IMG/VR virus record: IMGVR_UViG_3300027674_000001
Span: 1 to 64,000 of that record
DNA length: 64,000 nt
From: a virus
Strand: one strand, 5' to 3'
Shown here: positions 34,633 to 44,600 of the stretch, one piece after another
Layout of the letters: each line of letters opens with the position of its first letter
How positions within the stretch are numbered: position 1 is the stretch's first letter
Translations under genes and position numbers: made by a program
The notes under the pieces: generated by a model
Database searches by the model: none
The model's input: the letters and a program-made list of their open reading frames with translations, nothing else
What the model was told of the DNA's origin: nothing

Positions 34633-34913
34633 ACGTGATAGCTACTCATATACTTGACAAGATAGACGCCGCGGATACTCTCGGCATCCCTGGTGCCTTC
34701 CAATTCGAGGCAAACGATAAAGGGATATTTTATGTTTGCCCGTGCGGTTGTCAATCATTGGGGTTTCTTGGATTTCGTGGACTTGAGGACAAGGAGCGGC
34801 CATCTTGGGAGTGGGATGGGAACAGGGAGAAGCCAACGCTATCGCCCAGTATATTGCGGCGGGCTTGCGGATGGCACGGGTTCTTACGTGGTGGTGCATG
34901 GGAGTCTTGTTAA
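34629..34913 (+). CDS. Small zinc-binding protein (DUF6527-like)
   Basis: CPCGC...W.WDGN.EKPTLSPSI...C.WHGFLR.G pattern. The family name is from memory and unverified. Confidence 0.45.
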   Translation: MNVIATHILDKIDAADTLGIPGAFQFEANDKGIFYVCPCGCQSLGFLGFRGLEDKERPSWEWDGNREKPTLSPSILRRACGWHGFLRGGAWESC

Positions 34914-34940
34914 CGTAATACTAAGGGAGGGATATAACCG

Positions 34941-35861
34941 ATGCGAGTACATGTCAAGCCGACCGGGTTACATAGCAGAGCCATGGTGCGGGTATCTAAT
35001 GCACTAACCCGTTACGCGCCCACGGGGATAGAGATAGTAGATGACCCGAGCCCGAGTGAATGTGATCTAGTGGTGTTACATGTGATCGGGCGGGATGCGA
35101 TTACGGTAGCTGAGCAGATGAATCAATGCGAGCAGAGATGGGCGGTGATCCAATATTGCCTAAAAACGGCGGGGTTTAGCCGAGAGACTTGTAAAGACTG
35201 GTTTGAGTTGTGGCGCGGCGCTGAGTGCTTGTGGAGCTACTATGATCTATCCGATGCGGCTAGCGTGGACGGATGGGATTTCTACTACGCTCCCCTCGGT
35301 CTAGACGATGCATTCCTATCTCGCTCCCACATCTCCTCCCCATCTTCTCGCCCATTCATCCTCACGTCCGGTTATGTCTCTGGCCCCGGTGCAGAACCCA
35401 TTGCCGAGGTGTGGGAGGCCGCGCGTAGACTGGGGATTAATGCCGTGCATATTGGCCCTAAAGTAGTAGAGGGGATGACAACGTATCCACCCGATTGGGA
35501 CGCGCGCCACCAGATATCCGATGGGGAGTTAGCCGAGTTGTATGCGCGGGCTACTTGGGTGGCCGCCCTTCGACATGTAGAGGGATTCGAGTTGCCCGCG
35601 GCGGAAGGACTCGCGTGTGGCGCTCGCCCCATCGTATTTTCTCAGCCCGCGCTATGGCACTGGTATGGTGACCATGCGATATACGTCCTCGATCAAAGCG
35701 GGGAGCCTCTGATTCAAGAACTGTGCAAGGTAATGAGGTATGTACCGGAGCCTGTAAGCGCCAAGGAGCACGAACAGGTAGTACGGAAATTCAACTGGGA
35801 GCGAGTGTGTACCGGGTTCTGGGCGCGAGTGCAAGCTAGCATAGGCGAGGTAGCCGCGTGA
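34941..35861 (+). CDS. GT-B fold glycosyltransferase (GT4-like)
   Basis: C-terminal signature VEGFELPAAEGLACGARPIVF matches the E(G)FG.P..EA.A.G.P motif of GT4 enzymes. Confidence 0.6.
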   Translation: MRVHVKPTGLHSRAMVRVSNALTRYAPTGIEIVDDPSPSECDLVVLHVIGRDAITVAEQMNQCEQRWAVIQYCLKTAGFSRETCKDWFELWRGAECLWSYYDLSDAASVDGWDFYYAPLGLDDAFLSRSHISSPSSRPFILTSGYVSGPGAEPIAEVWEAARRLGINAVHIGPKVVEGMTTYPPDWDARHQISDGELAELYARATWVAALRHVEGFELPAAEGLACGARPIVFSQPALWHWYGDHAIYVLDQSGEPLIQELCKVMRYVPEPVSAKEHEQVVRKFNWERVCTGFWARVQASIGEVAA

Positions 35862-36244
35862 ATTTCTCATTTGACCTAGACGGTACGATCACCGCCCACA
35901 CTGCGGTATTCGTGGCCTTTGGTAAAGCTCTCCGGGCAGCGGGGCACCGTGTCACGATACTGACAGGTATTGACTTGGGCACCTTCCATGGCCGGCGCAC
36001 CACAAAATATCCAGAACTCGCGGACACGTCTTGGTATGACGATGTTGTGACCGCAGATGACTACAACGCGAACGAGCGAGCGTTAGCGGCACAGGTAATT
36101 AATGGCAATCTAGATAATCACATTCTCGTGGGTATGTTCAAGCGGAGGATATGCCGAGAGCGTGGTATCGCGGCCCACTTCGACGATGACATATCCCATG
36201 TAAGCCCAGAACCCGGCACTGCATTATTCGGGGTGATCCGGTGA
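35858..36244 (+). CDS. HAD-superfamily hydrolase-like protein
   Basis: The N-terminal FSFDLDGTIT is HAD motif I (DxDGT). Confidence 0.6.
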   Translation: MNFSFDLDGTITAHTAVFVAFGKALRAAGHRVTILTGIDLGTFHGRRTTKYPELADTSWYDDVVTADDYNANERALAAQVINGNLDNHILVGMFKRRICRERGIAAHFDDDISHVSPEPGTALFGVIR

Positions 36245-38211
36245 AGGTGCTCTGGGTCGGAGACGCAGTGGTAAGTAGTGGGTTTAGTAAGTGTACCCAT
36301 TCCGTGTGCGATAACCTCCACGCGAATGGGCATACCGTTAACGTGCTAGGCATGTCATACCATGGTGATCCACACAAGTACCCATATGACATATATCCGT
36401 GTGTCCAGCCGCTAGACTTCGGCGGTGACGCATACGGTACCCTGCGCCTCCCAATCCTCTGTAAACGGCTCAACCCCGACGTGATTGTACTCCTGAATGA
36501 TCCGTGGAACATCAACGATCCGAATAATCAACCGTCTTACCTTGACATGCTCAAGCGAACCAAGATTGGCACCCCTGTAATCGCTTGGCTCGCGGTAGAC
36601 GGGCTCAACCAGAAGGCCGCACCCACCCTAAACGATCTAACACACGTAGTCGTGTGGACTCAATTCGCAGCGGATGAACTGATCAAGAGCGGATATAAAG
36701 GCCCCATCTCTATCGTTCCTCTCGGGGTGGACACCTCAGTATTCAACCCCAAGGATCAAGCCGAGAGCCGCGCCAAGGTATGCCCGCCAACGCTCCCTCC
36801 CGATGCCTACCTAGTCGGCGCCGTGGGACGTAATCAACCACGCAAGCGGCTCGATCTCACCATCTCGTACTTCGCCGATTGGGTTACCCGGTGCGATATC
36901 CCTAACGCCTATCTCTACCTCCACATCGGCCCAACCGGCGACGTGGGGTGTGATATTCATTCACTGGTACGATACTACGGGATGGCGGGGAGCGAAGGAA
37001 AGCCAGGACGCGTCATCATCGCTGAAACCCCTCTCGGCATGGGCTACGATGAGTCCATCATGCCGTACGTCTATTCCGCGCTCGATTGCTACCTGAGTAC
37101 GTCCCAAGGCGAGGGGTGGAATCTTCCGATGTTAGAGGCGATGGCCTGTGGCGTACCCGTTATTGGCCCTGATTGGGCTGGCCCGGGTTCATGGGCTCGC
37201 TCGGCAGCCGTCCTCATCCCCTGCACTACTACCGCTCTCACCGCTCCCATTAACGCACTCGCTTACACCATCGGCGGGATACCCGATCAACGTCACACAG
37301 TTAACATGCTCAACATGTTGTACCGGAGCGATGCCCACCGAGAGATGCACAGTAGACTTGGATTGGAATTGGCTAAGAGTCTATCTTGGCATCGCACCGG
37401 AGACATGATGCGTGGGGTAATCGAGTCGGTTGTAAAGGAGCGCACAGATAAGCGGGCAATGGTTGCGGTGCCACCTGTACCACCAAAGGTTAACGTGTGT
37501 GTGACTGTCCTTACTCGATATGATCTCCTGAGATCCTTTCTCCTATCGCTGGATGCCAGCACGATCACACCTCATGCTGTGTATATTGTAGATAATGGAC
37601 AAAGTCCAGACAAGATAAAAGAGGCCATCGCTGGGACATGTGAAAAGATCGCGTGTGTAGAGGTGGCTGGCCCTTCGCGCCGCCGTGGTCTAGCAGAATC
37701 GTGGAATTGGTTCCTAGGTCGTACTCGCGGCGAAGACCGCATCATATGTAACGATGATATCGAATTCGGCCCGCAATCCATAGAGCGAATGATCGCCGCT
37801 ACAACCGATCTAGCGTTTCCTGTTGGCATTGGATTCTCGTGCTTTTTGATCCGTGATACTTGCGTCAAGAAAATTGGCCTATTCGATGAGAAACTGTCTC
37901 CGGGATTCGCATACTTTGAAGACTGTGATTACATGACGCGAAAGGATAAGTACAACGAAACCCATGGCGGTAATGATGCTGTATCTATGGTTGATATCCA
38001 CGACACTGATATTAAGCACTTGGGCCACGGTACGCAGCGTGGTGACTTCGACGCAGAAGGAATCAAGGAATTCCGCCGTAACTACTTCGCGGCACAAGAG
38101 CGGTATATTGCCAAGTGGGGAACGTTGCCACCTGGGCTAAACCGTCTACAGGAGTCAGATGTAGAGGAGATCGGGGAGATAGTGGAATTGAGAGAGGGTA
38201 CCCATGGGTAA
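36241..38211 (+). CDS. Bifunctional glycosyltransferase (N-terminal GT4-like, C-terminal GT2-like)
   Basis: GT4 signature SQGEGWNLPMLEAMACGVPVIGP. The C-terminal half has VCVTVLTRYDLL...YIVDNGQS and NDDIEF (DxD), typical of GT2. Confidence 0.8.
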   Translation: MKVLWVGDAVVSSGFSKCTHSVCDNLHANGHTVNVLGMSYHGDPHKYPYDIYPCVQPLDFGGDAYGTLRLPILCKRLNPDVIVLLNDPWNINDPNNQPSYLDMLKRTKIGTPVIAWLAVDGLNQKAAPTLNDLTHVVVWTQFAADELIKSGYKGPISIVPLGVDTSVFNPKDQAESRAKVCPPTLPPDAYLVGAVGRNQPRKRLDLTISYFADWVTRCDIPNAYLYLHIGPTGDVGCDIHSLVRYYGMAGSEGKPGRVIIAETPLGMGYDESIMPYVYSALDCYLSTSQGEGWNLPMLEAMACGVPVIGPDWAGPGSWARSAAVLIPCTTTALTAPINALAYTIGGIPDQRHTVNMLNMLYRSDAHREMHSRLGLELAKSLSWHRTGDMMRGVIESVVKERTDKRAMVAVPPVPPKVNVCVTVLTRYDLLRSFLLSLDASTITPHAVYIVDNGQSPDKIKEAIAGTCEKIACVEVAGPSRRRGLAESWNWFLGRTRGEDRIICNDDIEFGPQSIERMIAATTDLAFPVGIGFSCFLIRDTCVKKIGLFDEKLSPGFAYFEDCDYMTRKDKYNETHGGNDAVSMVDIHDTDIKHLGHGTQRGDFDAEGIKEFRRNYFAAQERYIAKWGTLPPGLNRLQESDVEEIGEIVELREGTHG

Positions 38212-38626
38212 ATTCACTCTCTCGGGCGCAGACATCCTCGCTCGCAAGCTGGACGAAATCAAGCTGGAACTCCGCACTAAACTTGACGCGGCAATGGGCG
38301 AGGAAGCGGACGCGATTCTAGCAGACGCACAAGAGAACTACGTGCCAGAGGACTCAGGCGATCTAAAGGACTCAGGGGTAGTCACAGAAAGCAAGATAGT
38401 CACATTAGATGGCCCAATCGAGTATGGCATATCGTTTGGCGATGATAAGACAGCCGCGTATGCCATAAGTGTGCATGAGTATCCCAGCGAGCATGATCCT
38501 CGCTCGTGGAAAGCGGCCAAGGATGGCGTCCACTTCCGTAAAGGTGGGCCAAAATATTTGGAGATCCCGTTCCGTAAGGCTGAGAGTGGGATGCTTGAGC
38601 GGATCGCGTCCAAGGTGAAGCTATGA
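38204..38626 (+). CDS. HK97 gp10-family neck/tail-completion protein
   Basis: The motif YVPEDSGDLKDSG and the downstream AAYAISVHE fit the gp10 family pattern (VP.dTG.L..S ... YA..vE). Confidence 0.65.
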   Translation: MGKFTLSGADILARKLDEIKLELRTKLDAAMGEEADAILADAQENYVPEDSGDLKDSGVVTESKIVTLDGPIEYGISFGDDKTAAYAISVHEYPSEHDPRSWKAAKDGVHFRKGGPKYLEIPFRKAESGMLERIASKVKL

Positions 38627-38898
38627 TCCAAGGCCCAAACGTCAATAAGCTAATCGTGTGTAAAATGTCTATCCAAGGCGTTCCGAAGGATACACCCGAT
38701 CCGCTTAGGGCTGTTGCAGAATTCTTCGCCAGCACCGAGAACCTAAAAGAGCACGCTAAGGAGGCTACTGAGTGGGTTGAGCAAGCTATATTAGCTGTTA
38801 AGTTAGCCCCAGATAACAAGTGGGGTAATGACGATGAAGCTATAGCGGGCGAGATACTGCGCAGGATAGACGAGATAAAAGCCTCTAAAGTAAACTAG
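38623..38898 (+). CDS. Hypothetical protein
   Basis: 91-aa ORF with an ATGA overlap. Confidence 0.45.
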   Translation: MIQGPNVNKLIVCKMSIQGVPKDTPDPLRAVAEFFASTENLKEHAKEATEWVEQAILAVKLAPDNKWGNDDEAIAGEILRRIDEIKASKVN

Positions 38899-38902
38899 TG
38901 CC

Positions 38903-39319
38903 ATGCCTACGACTACGTTCTATCTCTACATTGAAGCAGTACAGGACCCATTCAGCATCGGGGTGGACTCCTCTAACCGTGCCATGTATTCGTGCAATTA
39001 CGTCTCTTGTGCCCGTTCACCCGCAGACCGGTTCACGGATGATCTAATCTCCGTCCTCACTAATCTCGGGCTCGCTACTGCCGGCACTGACACATTCTCC
39101 GGGAGTATTGCTACCATCCCCCCACAAGGCGCTGGCCCATTTACTCTCATCCTCAAGAGTAGTGGATTTGGCCCGGATCAAACCCATGCGAATGATACCT
39201 ACACTCGCCCGGCCGCCCAGATCATCGTATTCGCGGCCGATGACACTGTAGCCCAATCCCACGCTTACGCTATCTTTCACGCCCTCCATGGCATACGTAA
39301 CTCCTCGGTCACGTCATGA
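38903..39319 (+). CDS. Tail terminator/completion candidate
   Basis: 138-aa ORF immediately upstream of the major tail protein gene. Positional call. Confidence 0.45.
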   Translation: MPTTTFYLYIEAVQDPFSIGVDSSNRAMYSCNYVSCARSPADRFTDDLISVLTNLGLATAGTDTFSGSIATIPPQGAGPFTLILKSSGFGPDQTHANDTYTRPAAQIIVFAADDTVAQSHAYAIFHALHGIRNSSVTS

Positions 39320-39392
39320 GAGAGTACCACAATACAGCAGTACCCACCCCTCATGTTAACGCGGCTCATGTGGCCGAAGGAGAACAGTAACC

Positions 39393-39860
39393 ATGCCCAG
39401 CAGCAGTAATGCGATCAGCGGCCACGGCGTACAGATGGCCATCGAAAAGTTTGGTGATCCATCGGGACAGTTTACCGTGGTCGCTGAGCTAACCGGCGAT
39501 ATCAAGCGGCCAGAGCTATCCCGTCCCGAGGTAGAAGTTACGCCTCATAATGATGACATAGACACTTGGGTGTTGTCGGTTGCTACCCGAGCGGCTGTGC
39601 CATTTACCTGTAACTTCATTTACAATGACCCTACCCACGATTTCTCGACTGGTTTCCAGAAGCTCTTCGCTGCCAATCAGATTTTCGGGGTGAGGTTGCG
39701 CGGTCCCAACGGTGCATCGGGAGCCAATGAAGTCATCTTGTCCGCGCAGGTGCAGAAGATCGGCGTAGTGGACAAGATCAAGGGAGTAGAAGAGGTAATG
39801 GTCACCCTTCGCCCCCACGGTTACATGCTTGTAGATGGTAAGCCGTTCCCACACGCGTAA
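39393..39860 (+). CDS. Major tail protein
   Basis: 155-aa ORF with RBS AAGGAG, located directly before the chaperone pair and tape measure. Confidence 0.6.
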   Translation: MPSSSNAISGHGVQMAIEKFGDPSGQFTVVAELTGDIKRPELSRPEVEVTPHNDDIDTWVLSVATRAAVPFTCNFIYNDPTHDFSTGFQKLFAANQIFGVRLRGPNGASGANEVILSAQVQKIGVVDKIKGVEEVMVTLRPHGYMLVDGKPFPHA

Positions 39861-39919
39861 CACAGGTTAACCATAACCTTTAACCCCAATCGTCTTACTA
39901 AGGAAGGTAGGCACCGCTC

Positions 39920-40375
39920 ATGGCAACTCGTAAGAAGGTAACGAAGCGCGTCACTCCCATCTCAGCTGGCCCTCGCACCCTCTCCGCACGTGATCTCCGC
40001 ATCAGCCAGAAGCTAACCCCCATCCACGTTCCCGAGTACGGCGGCATCGTGTACAAGCGGGAGCTTCCTGCGTCCGTTATGATCTCCCGCCCGGCTGTAG
40101 CCGATCCCAACGACCCCATTCAGCAACAAAACACCGTCTCATACTTCATCTGTAAGTCGATCGTTGACGAGAACGGTAACCAGATTTTCGCCGACGAAGA
40201 GGCAGACACGCTCCGGGACATCCTCAGCATCTCTGTCTATACCCTATTCACCCAAGCCGTTACGGGTTCCGGTGGTGCCGCCGGTACTGCTGGACTCTCT
40301 CTCACCGATAAGGATGGCGGTGCACTCCCAAACGATTCTACGGCAACCCGCTCCTCCGATTCGGATACAGACTAG
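39920..40375 (+). CDS. Tail assembly chaperone (gpG-like)
   Basis: Position between the major tail and tape measure genes. Contains a slippery heptamer near its 3' end. Confidence 0.6.
   Translation: MATRKKVTKRVTPISAGPRTLSARDLRISQKLTPIHVPEYGGIVYKRELPASVMISRPAVADPNDPIQQQNTVSYFICKSIVDENGNQIFADEEADTLRDILSISVYTLFTQAVTGSGGAAGTAGLSLTDKDGGALPNDSTATRSSDSDTD
40327..40333 (+). other. Candidate -1 programmed frameshift heptamer C CCA AAC
   Basis: X XXY YYZ pattern in the G frame (codons CTC CCA AAC), 40 nt before the G stop. The -1 frame is open from at least 40321 into ORF 40390..40821. Confidence 0.5.
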
Positions 40376-40389
40376 CACTCCAATTAGGG

Positions 40390-40821
40390 GTGTGGAACGT
40401 CGAAGGAGAGGGCGGGTTGCTGTCCGAGACTGGGATGTCTTGGGAGCAGTTTAGGGCATGGATCGACTACGCACAAGTTGACCCGTTTGGCTCAGAACGA
40501 GGTGATATGCAAGCTGCCCTAATCGCGCACACAGCAGACAACGTGAGCAGGACACTAATAAACGTCAACCGGGACCCCGATAAGTCCAACCCGGTTAAAC
40601 CGAGTAAGATAACCGATTTCCTACTCAGGTTCGGAGAGGATGAGAAGAAAGCTAAAGAGGCGGGTACCCGAGGTGCTGTGGAACCCGCTCGCCGCCATAA
40701 CCGTATCCTATCCTCCGCTGGTTGGCAAAGAACCGTGGCACAGATTAAAGACGTTGCTGATATCGCCAGTGCCACTAGGAAAACTCGCGATAGGGACACT
40801 GGTGAAATAAAGTATGAATAG
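40390..40821 (+). CDS. Tail assembly chaperone extension (gpT-like), probably made as a G-T fusion
   Basis: It is in the -1 frame relative to 39920..40375. WEQFRAWIDYAQVDPFGSERGDMQAALIAHT resembles gpT-type chaperone sequences. Confidence 0.6.
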   Translation: MWNVEGEGGLLSETGMSWEQFRAWIDYAQVDPFGSERGDMQAALIAHTADNVSRTLINVNRDPDKSNPVKPSKITDFLLRFGEDEKKAKEAGTRGAVEPARRHNRILSSAGWQRTVAQIKDVADIASATRKTRDRDTGEIKYE

Positions 40822-41611
40822 CGCGAGGGGGGTGTACGAGATTAGAAACACCGTTAACGGGAAACGGTACATCGGGTCTACGTCTTTAACTTTCGCGAAA
40901 AGGTGGGCACAGCACAGTAGCGACTTGAGACTTGGTAAACACCCCAATAGCCACCTTCAACGTTCGTGGAACAAACACGGTCCAAGGTTATTCACTTTCA
41001 AGATACTCCTGGTATGTAGTCAAGCGGACTTACTGATGTTTGAGAAAAGGTGCATCGATAGACTAAAACCTGAATACAACATTTGTCCTGTGGCGGGGTC
41101 GCGCATAGGGGTGAAACTAACAGACGAACAAAAGGCGAGGATATCAAAGGCTCACACAGGTAAGAAACTCTCCGCCGAACATAGGGCAAAGCTAATTAAG
41201 TCGCTTCTAGGGAACAAGCATCGCTTAGGGCATCATCCATCGGAGGAGACAAGGGCAAAGATAGGGTTAGCGAGTCGAAGCAATAAATACAATCTAGGGC
41301 GCAAGCCCACTGCCGAAACACGAGCAAAGATGAGCACTGCGAGACTGGGGAAGAAGTGTCCTAAGTCACCAGAGCAAAGGGCTAATATATCCAAGGCGCT
41401 CTCGGGCAATAGTAATCGTTTGGGGCGTAAAGCCTCAGAAGAGACACGAGATAGGTTGAGGGTGTCTCACTTGGGGCATAAGCACTCCGAAGAGACAAAA
41501 GCTAAAATGAGGCTAGCGAGATACAACCGCAAGCCAATCTCAGAAGAGACACGGGCCAAGATGAAGTTAGCTTGGATTCTGCGCAAGCAAAGTAAAGGTA
41601 TAGGCGCATAA
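40814..41611 (+). CDS. GIY-YIG homing endonuclease with multiple NUMOD3-like repeats (free-standing mobile gene)
   Basis: GVYEIRNTVNGKRYIGST (GIY..YIG), R..QH and N motifs, then about 7 repeats of the type S.EHR.KIS.A..G. Markedly AT-rich. Confidence 0.85.
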   Translation: MNSARGVYEIRNTVNGKRYIGSTSLTFAKRWAQHSSDLRLGKHPNSHLQRSWNKHGPRLFTFKILLVCSQADLLMFEKRCIDRLKPEYNICPVAGSRIGVKLTDEQKARISKAHTGKKLSAEHRAKLIKSLLGNKHRLGHHPSEETRAKIGLASRSNKYNLGRKPTAETRAKMSTARLGKKCPKSPEQRANISKALSGNSNRLGRKASEETRDRLRVSHLGHKHSEETKAKMRLARYNRKPISEETRAKMKLAWILRKQSKGIGA

Positions 41612-41613
41612 AG

Positions 41614-44600
41614 ATGGCCTTGGATATTGGAGCTATACAAGCCACCCTAACCATGACCGAGGATTTCTCGGTTGTGTTGGCCAAGGTGCGCGATGAGCTA
41701 GATAAAACCGGGGTAAGGACACAACAGGTTGGCGATAACATAGACGCCTCCACACAGAAGATTCAATCAGCGTACAACCGTCTTGCGAGTAGTCTGGACC
41801 CTGCTACCGCCGGTGCCATTAAATACACTCAAGCCCACTCTACTCTATCGGCGGCCTTAGACAAGGGCATCATCTCCCACGAGACGTACACAACATCTCT
41901 CACTGCCGCCGGAGAGAAATTCCTTACGGCCGGTACCAGTGCTCAATCCTTCCGTGATCTAATTGCAGGTGTAACCGAAATCGCGGGGCAATGTGGCACT
42001 GCTACGGCCGAGCTAGGTGGTAAGCTAGACAGTCTCATAGGTAACTTCTCTGGGCTTGGTGCCGCTGTAGCTGCCATGGGGCCACTTGTTCTCCCCATAG
42101 CTGCTATCGCTGCTGCCCTAGCCGTGGTCGCCGCGGGATTCGAGGCAGTAAAGATATCGTACGACTTTATCAAGGACGCTGTAACGGAGGGCATGAAAAC
42201 CCAGGCGATCATAGAGCAACTTAATAACACCCTACGCAACACGGGCTCGGCATCAGGGTTAAGTAGCGCCGACATGATTAAGTACGCAGATTCCCTTCAA
42301 TGGGTTAGTGGCGCTAGTAAGGACGCCATCATCCAAGGCGAGGGGATGCTAGCCCGGTTTACCAAGATAGGTCCGGATGCGTTCAAGCCTGCTACCCAAC
42401 TCGCTCTCGATTTCGCCCAAGCCACTGGCCGCGATGTGCCTGAGTCATTCAAGCTAATTGGTGTGGCACTAGAAGGGGGTCAGAAAGCCTTCCGTGCCCT
42501 CGTTGACGTGGGGATTATCCTCGATACAGGGCAGAAGGCGCGCCTCAAAGACATGTTGGCCATGGGGGACGTGGCGGCCTACCAAGCCCTCATGATGGAA
42601 GCCCTCCGGAGTAAGGTTGCCGGGGCCGCCGCTGCTTATGAGCAAACCTTGGCAGGCTCTATCAATAGAGCTGAGAAGGAGTTAAAAGCAGCCAAGGAGA
42701 CTATTGGTTCTGAGGTTATCCCTGCGCTGGAGGACTTGTTTAGAGTAGTAACCGGGACTGCTGGTGGCTGGGATCAAATACACATTAAGATTCAATCTGC
42801 CGCAACTTATATCGGTGAAGCCGTTCGTAATATGGTGTACGGGGTAGCGTCGCAGCTAATTGAATGGAACATTGACTGGTATGAAGCCAAGGCATCGTTC
42901 TTGAGTTTTGAAGAAGGGTTATTAAGTGTTAGTGAGCCTGTGTCTAAATTTATGTCGAACGTCCTCCATATTCCATTTGTGGATATCAGCGATAAACTTA
43001 ACAAGGTAAGGACCGACATACAGGACACAACGGATGACATAAACACTCAAGCGGTCAATTTGGCTACTCTCACTTTACAGTATAATGAGCATCGGAAGGC
43101 CCTTGAAGGTAATACCATTGTCCTCCCAAAGGTTAAGACCGGACTTGAAGACCTTAAAGCGGCACAGAAGAGTGCAGGGGAAGCTGCTGATGGTGCCCGG
43201 GCCGCCGTAGATAAGTACATTGTTAGCCTGCAAACCCAGGAGGCCACCCTAAGCAATTCTATCGCGAGTAATCAGGCTCTACTCGTGGCCCTTGATAGCG
43301 GACTCCCTGCATATGAGGCTCTAAAGCAGCGGCAGATTACATCCGATGCTGTAACCAAGGCCATCACCGCAAGCAATAAGACGTACCAGGATCAACTAAT
43401 ATCATTAGATAAAACCCTCTCTGGTTTAGAGAGTAAACAAGATAAGGATACCACCCATAAGGTTAATTACGGTGCGGCTATTGTGGGGGTACAGGAGCAG
43501 ATAGCCCGACTCACTAGCGAACACGATAAATACATTGTCAAGATAAAGGAACTCATCCCATTAGAGATTGCGGATAAGGAAGCGGTAGCTGAGAGAGATG
43601 CGGCGTTGAAGGCTACTCTTGCTAATACCCAAGCCGTTGCCATTGCTCGTGCTCAGTTAGCCGATGCTGAGAGTAGGTATACCAGTACCGCCGCTCAAGT
43701 CACTATCGTTATCGCCGCTCAGAACAAAGCCTTCTCTGAACTCCATGTGATGAGCGGGCAGGCATATGATGATCGTGTCCGCGAGTTAACCCAACAGGCC
43801 CAATACATTCAAGGGTTGAAGGATCAGAAGTTTATCCAAGATCAGATTAACGCGGCCACCGATGCGATGGCTAAGCTCCGTGCGCAGATAGCGGACACCA
43901 ACGAATTAAACTCGGTAACCCAAGCGTATGGTGCGACGATCTCCGGTATCCTGTCCAAGTATGGGCTATTGTCTACCTCTACCCGTGAACTCAACATCCA
44001 AACCCAACTCCGCAATGATCTCCAGAAGGATCGCATAGCGGCCAATTCCAAGGAAGCCCAAGACCTAGAGAAATTCATCAGAGCCCAGGACGCCTATACC
44101 CTATCCCTCAAGGCCACCCAGGCCCAAATCGAGGCCAACCAAGCTGTATGGAAATCGTACGATGCCACGATAACCAACAGTAATCAGCAATTCCTATCTG
44201 GGTTAAATACCCTCATCGAAACGGGCAAACTAAACTTCCAGACATTCGTAACCCAACTAGAGGACATCTGGCTCAAAGGTATAGAGCAGATGATTGCTGC
44301 TGCCCTAGAAAGAAATGTCGTTGATAGTTGGACAAGAGGGCTTACTGGTGCGGCTAACCCTGGGGGTACCCCTTCCGCTCAATTTGCTGCTGCTGTGGCC
44401 CAATTCGGCACATACGTCAACGCCTTAACCACTGGTAGTGGATTAGGTGGCGGGGTCGGCGGTGCTGGTGCCGGAGTATGGTCTGGCTTTAGTGCCCCCA
44501 TCGCTAACTTATCTAGCGCGAGCAATGTTCAACAGACCGCGGCCAGTAATCAACAAGTGGCAGCTGTATCACAACTATCTGCCGCCGATGCGTTCACCAA

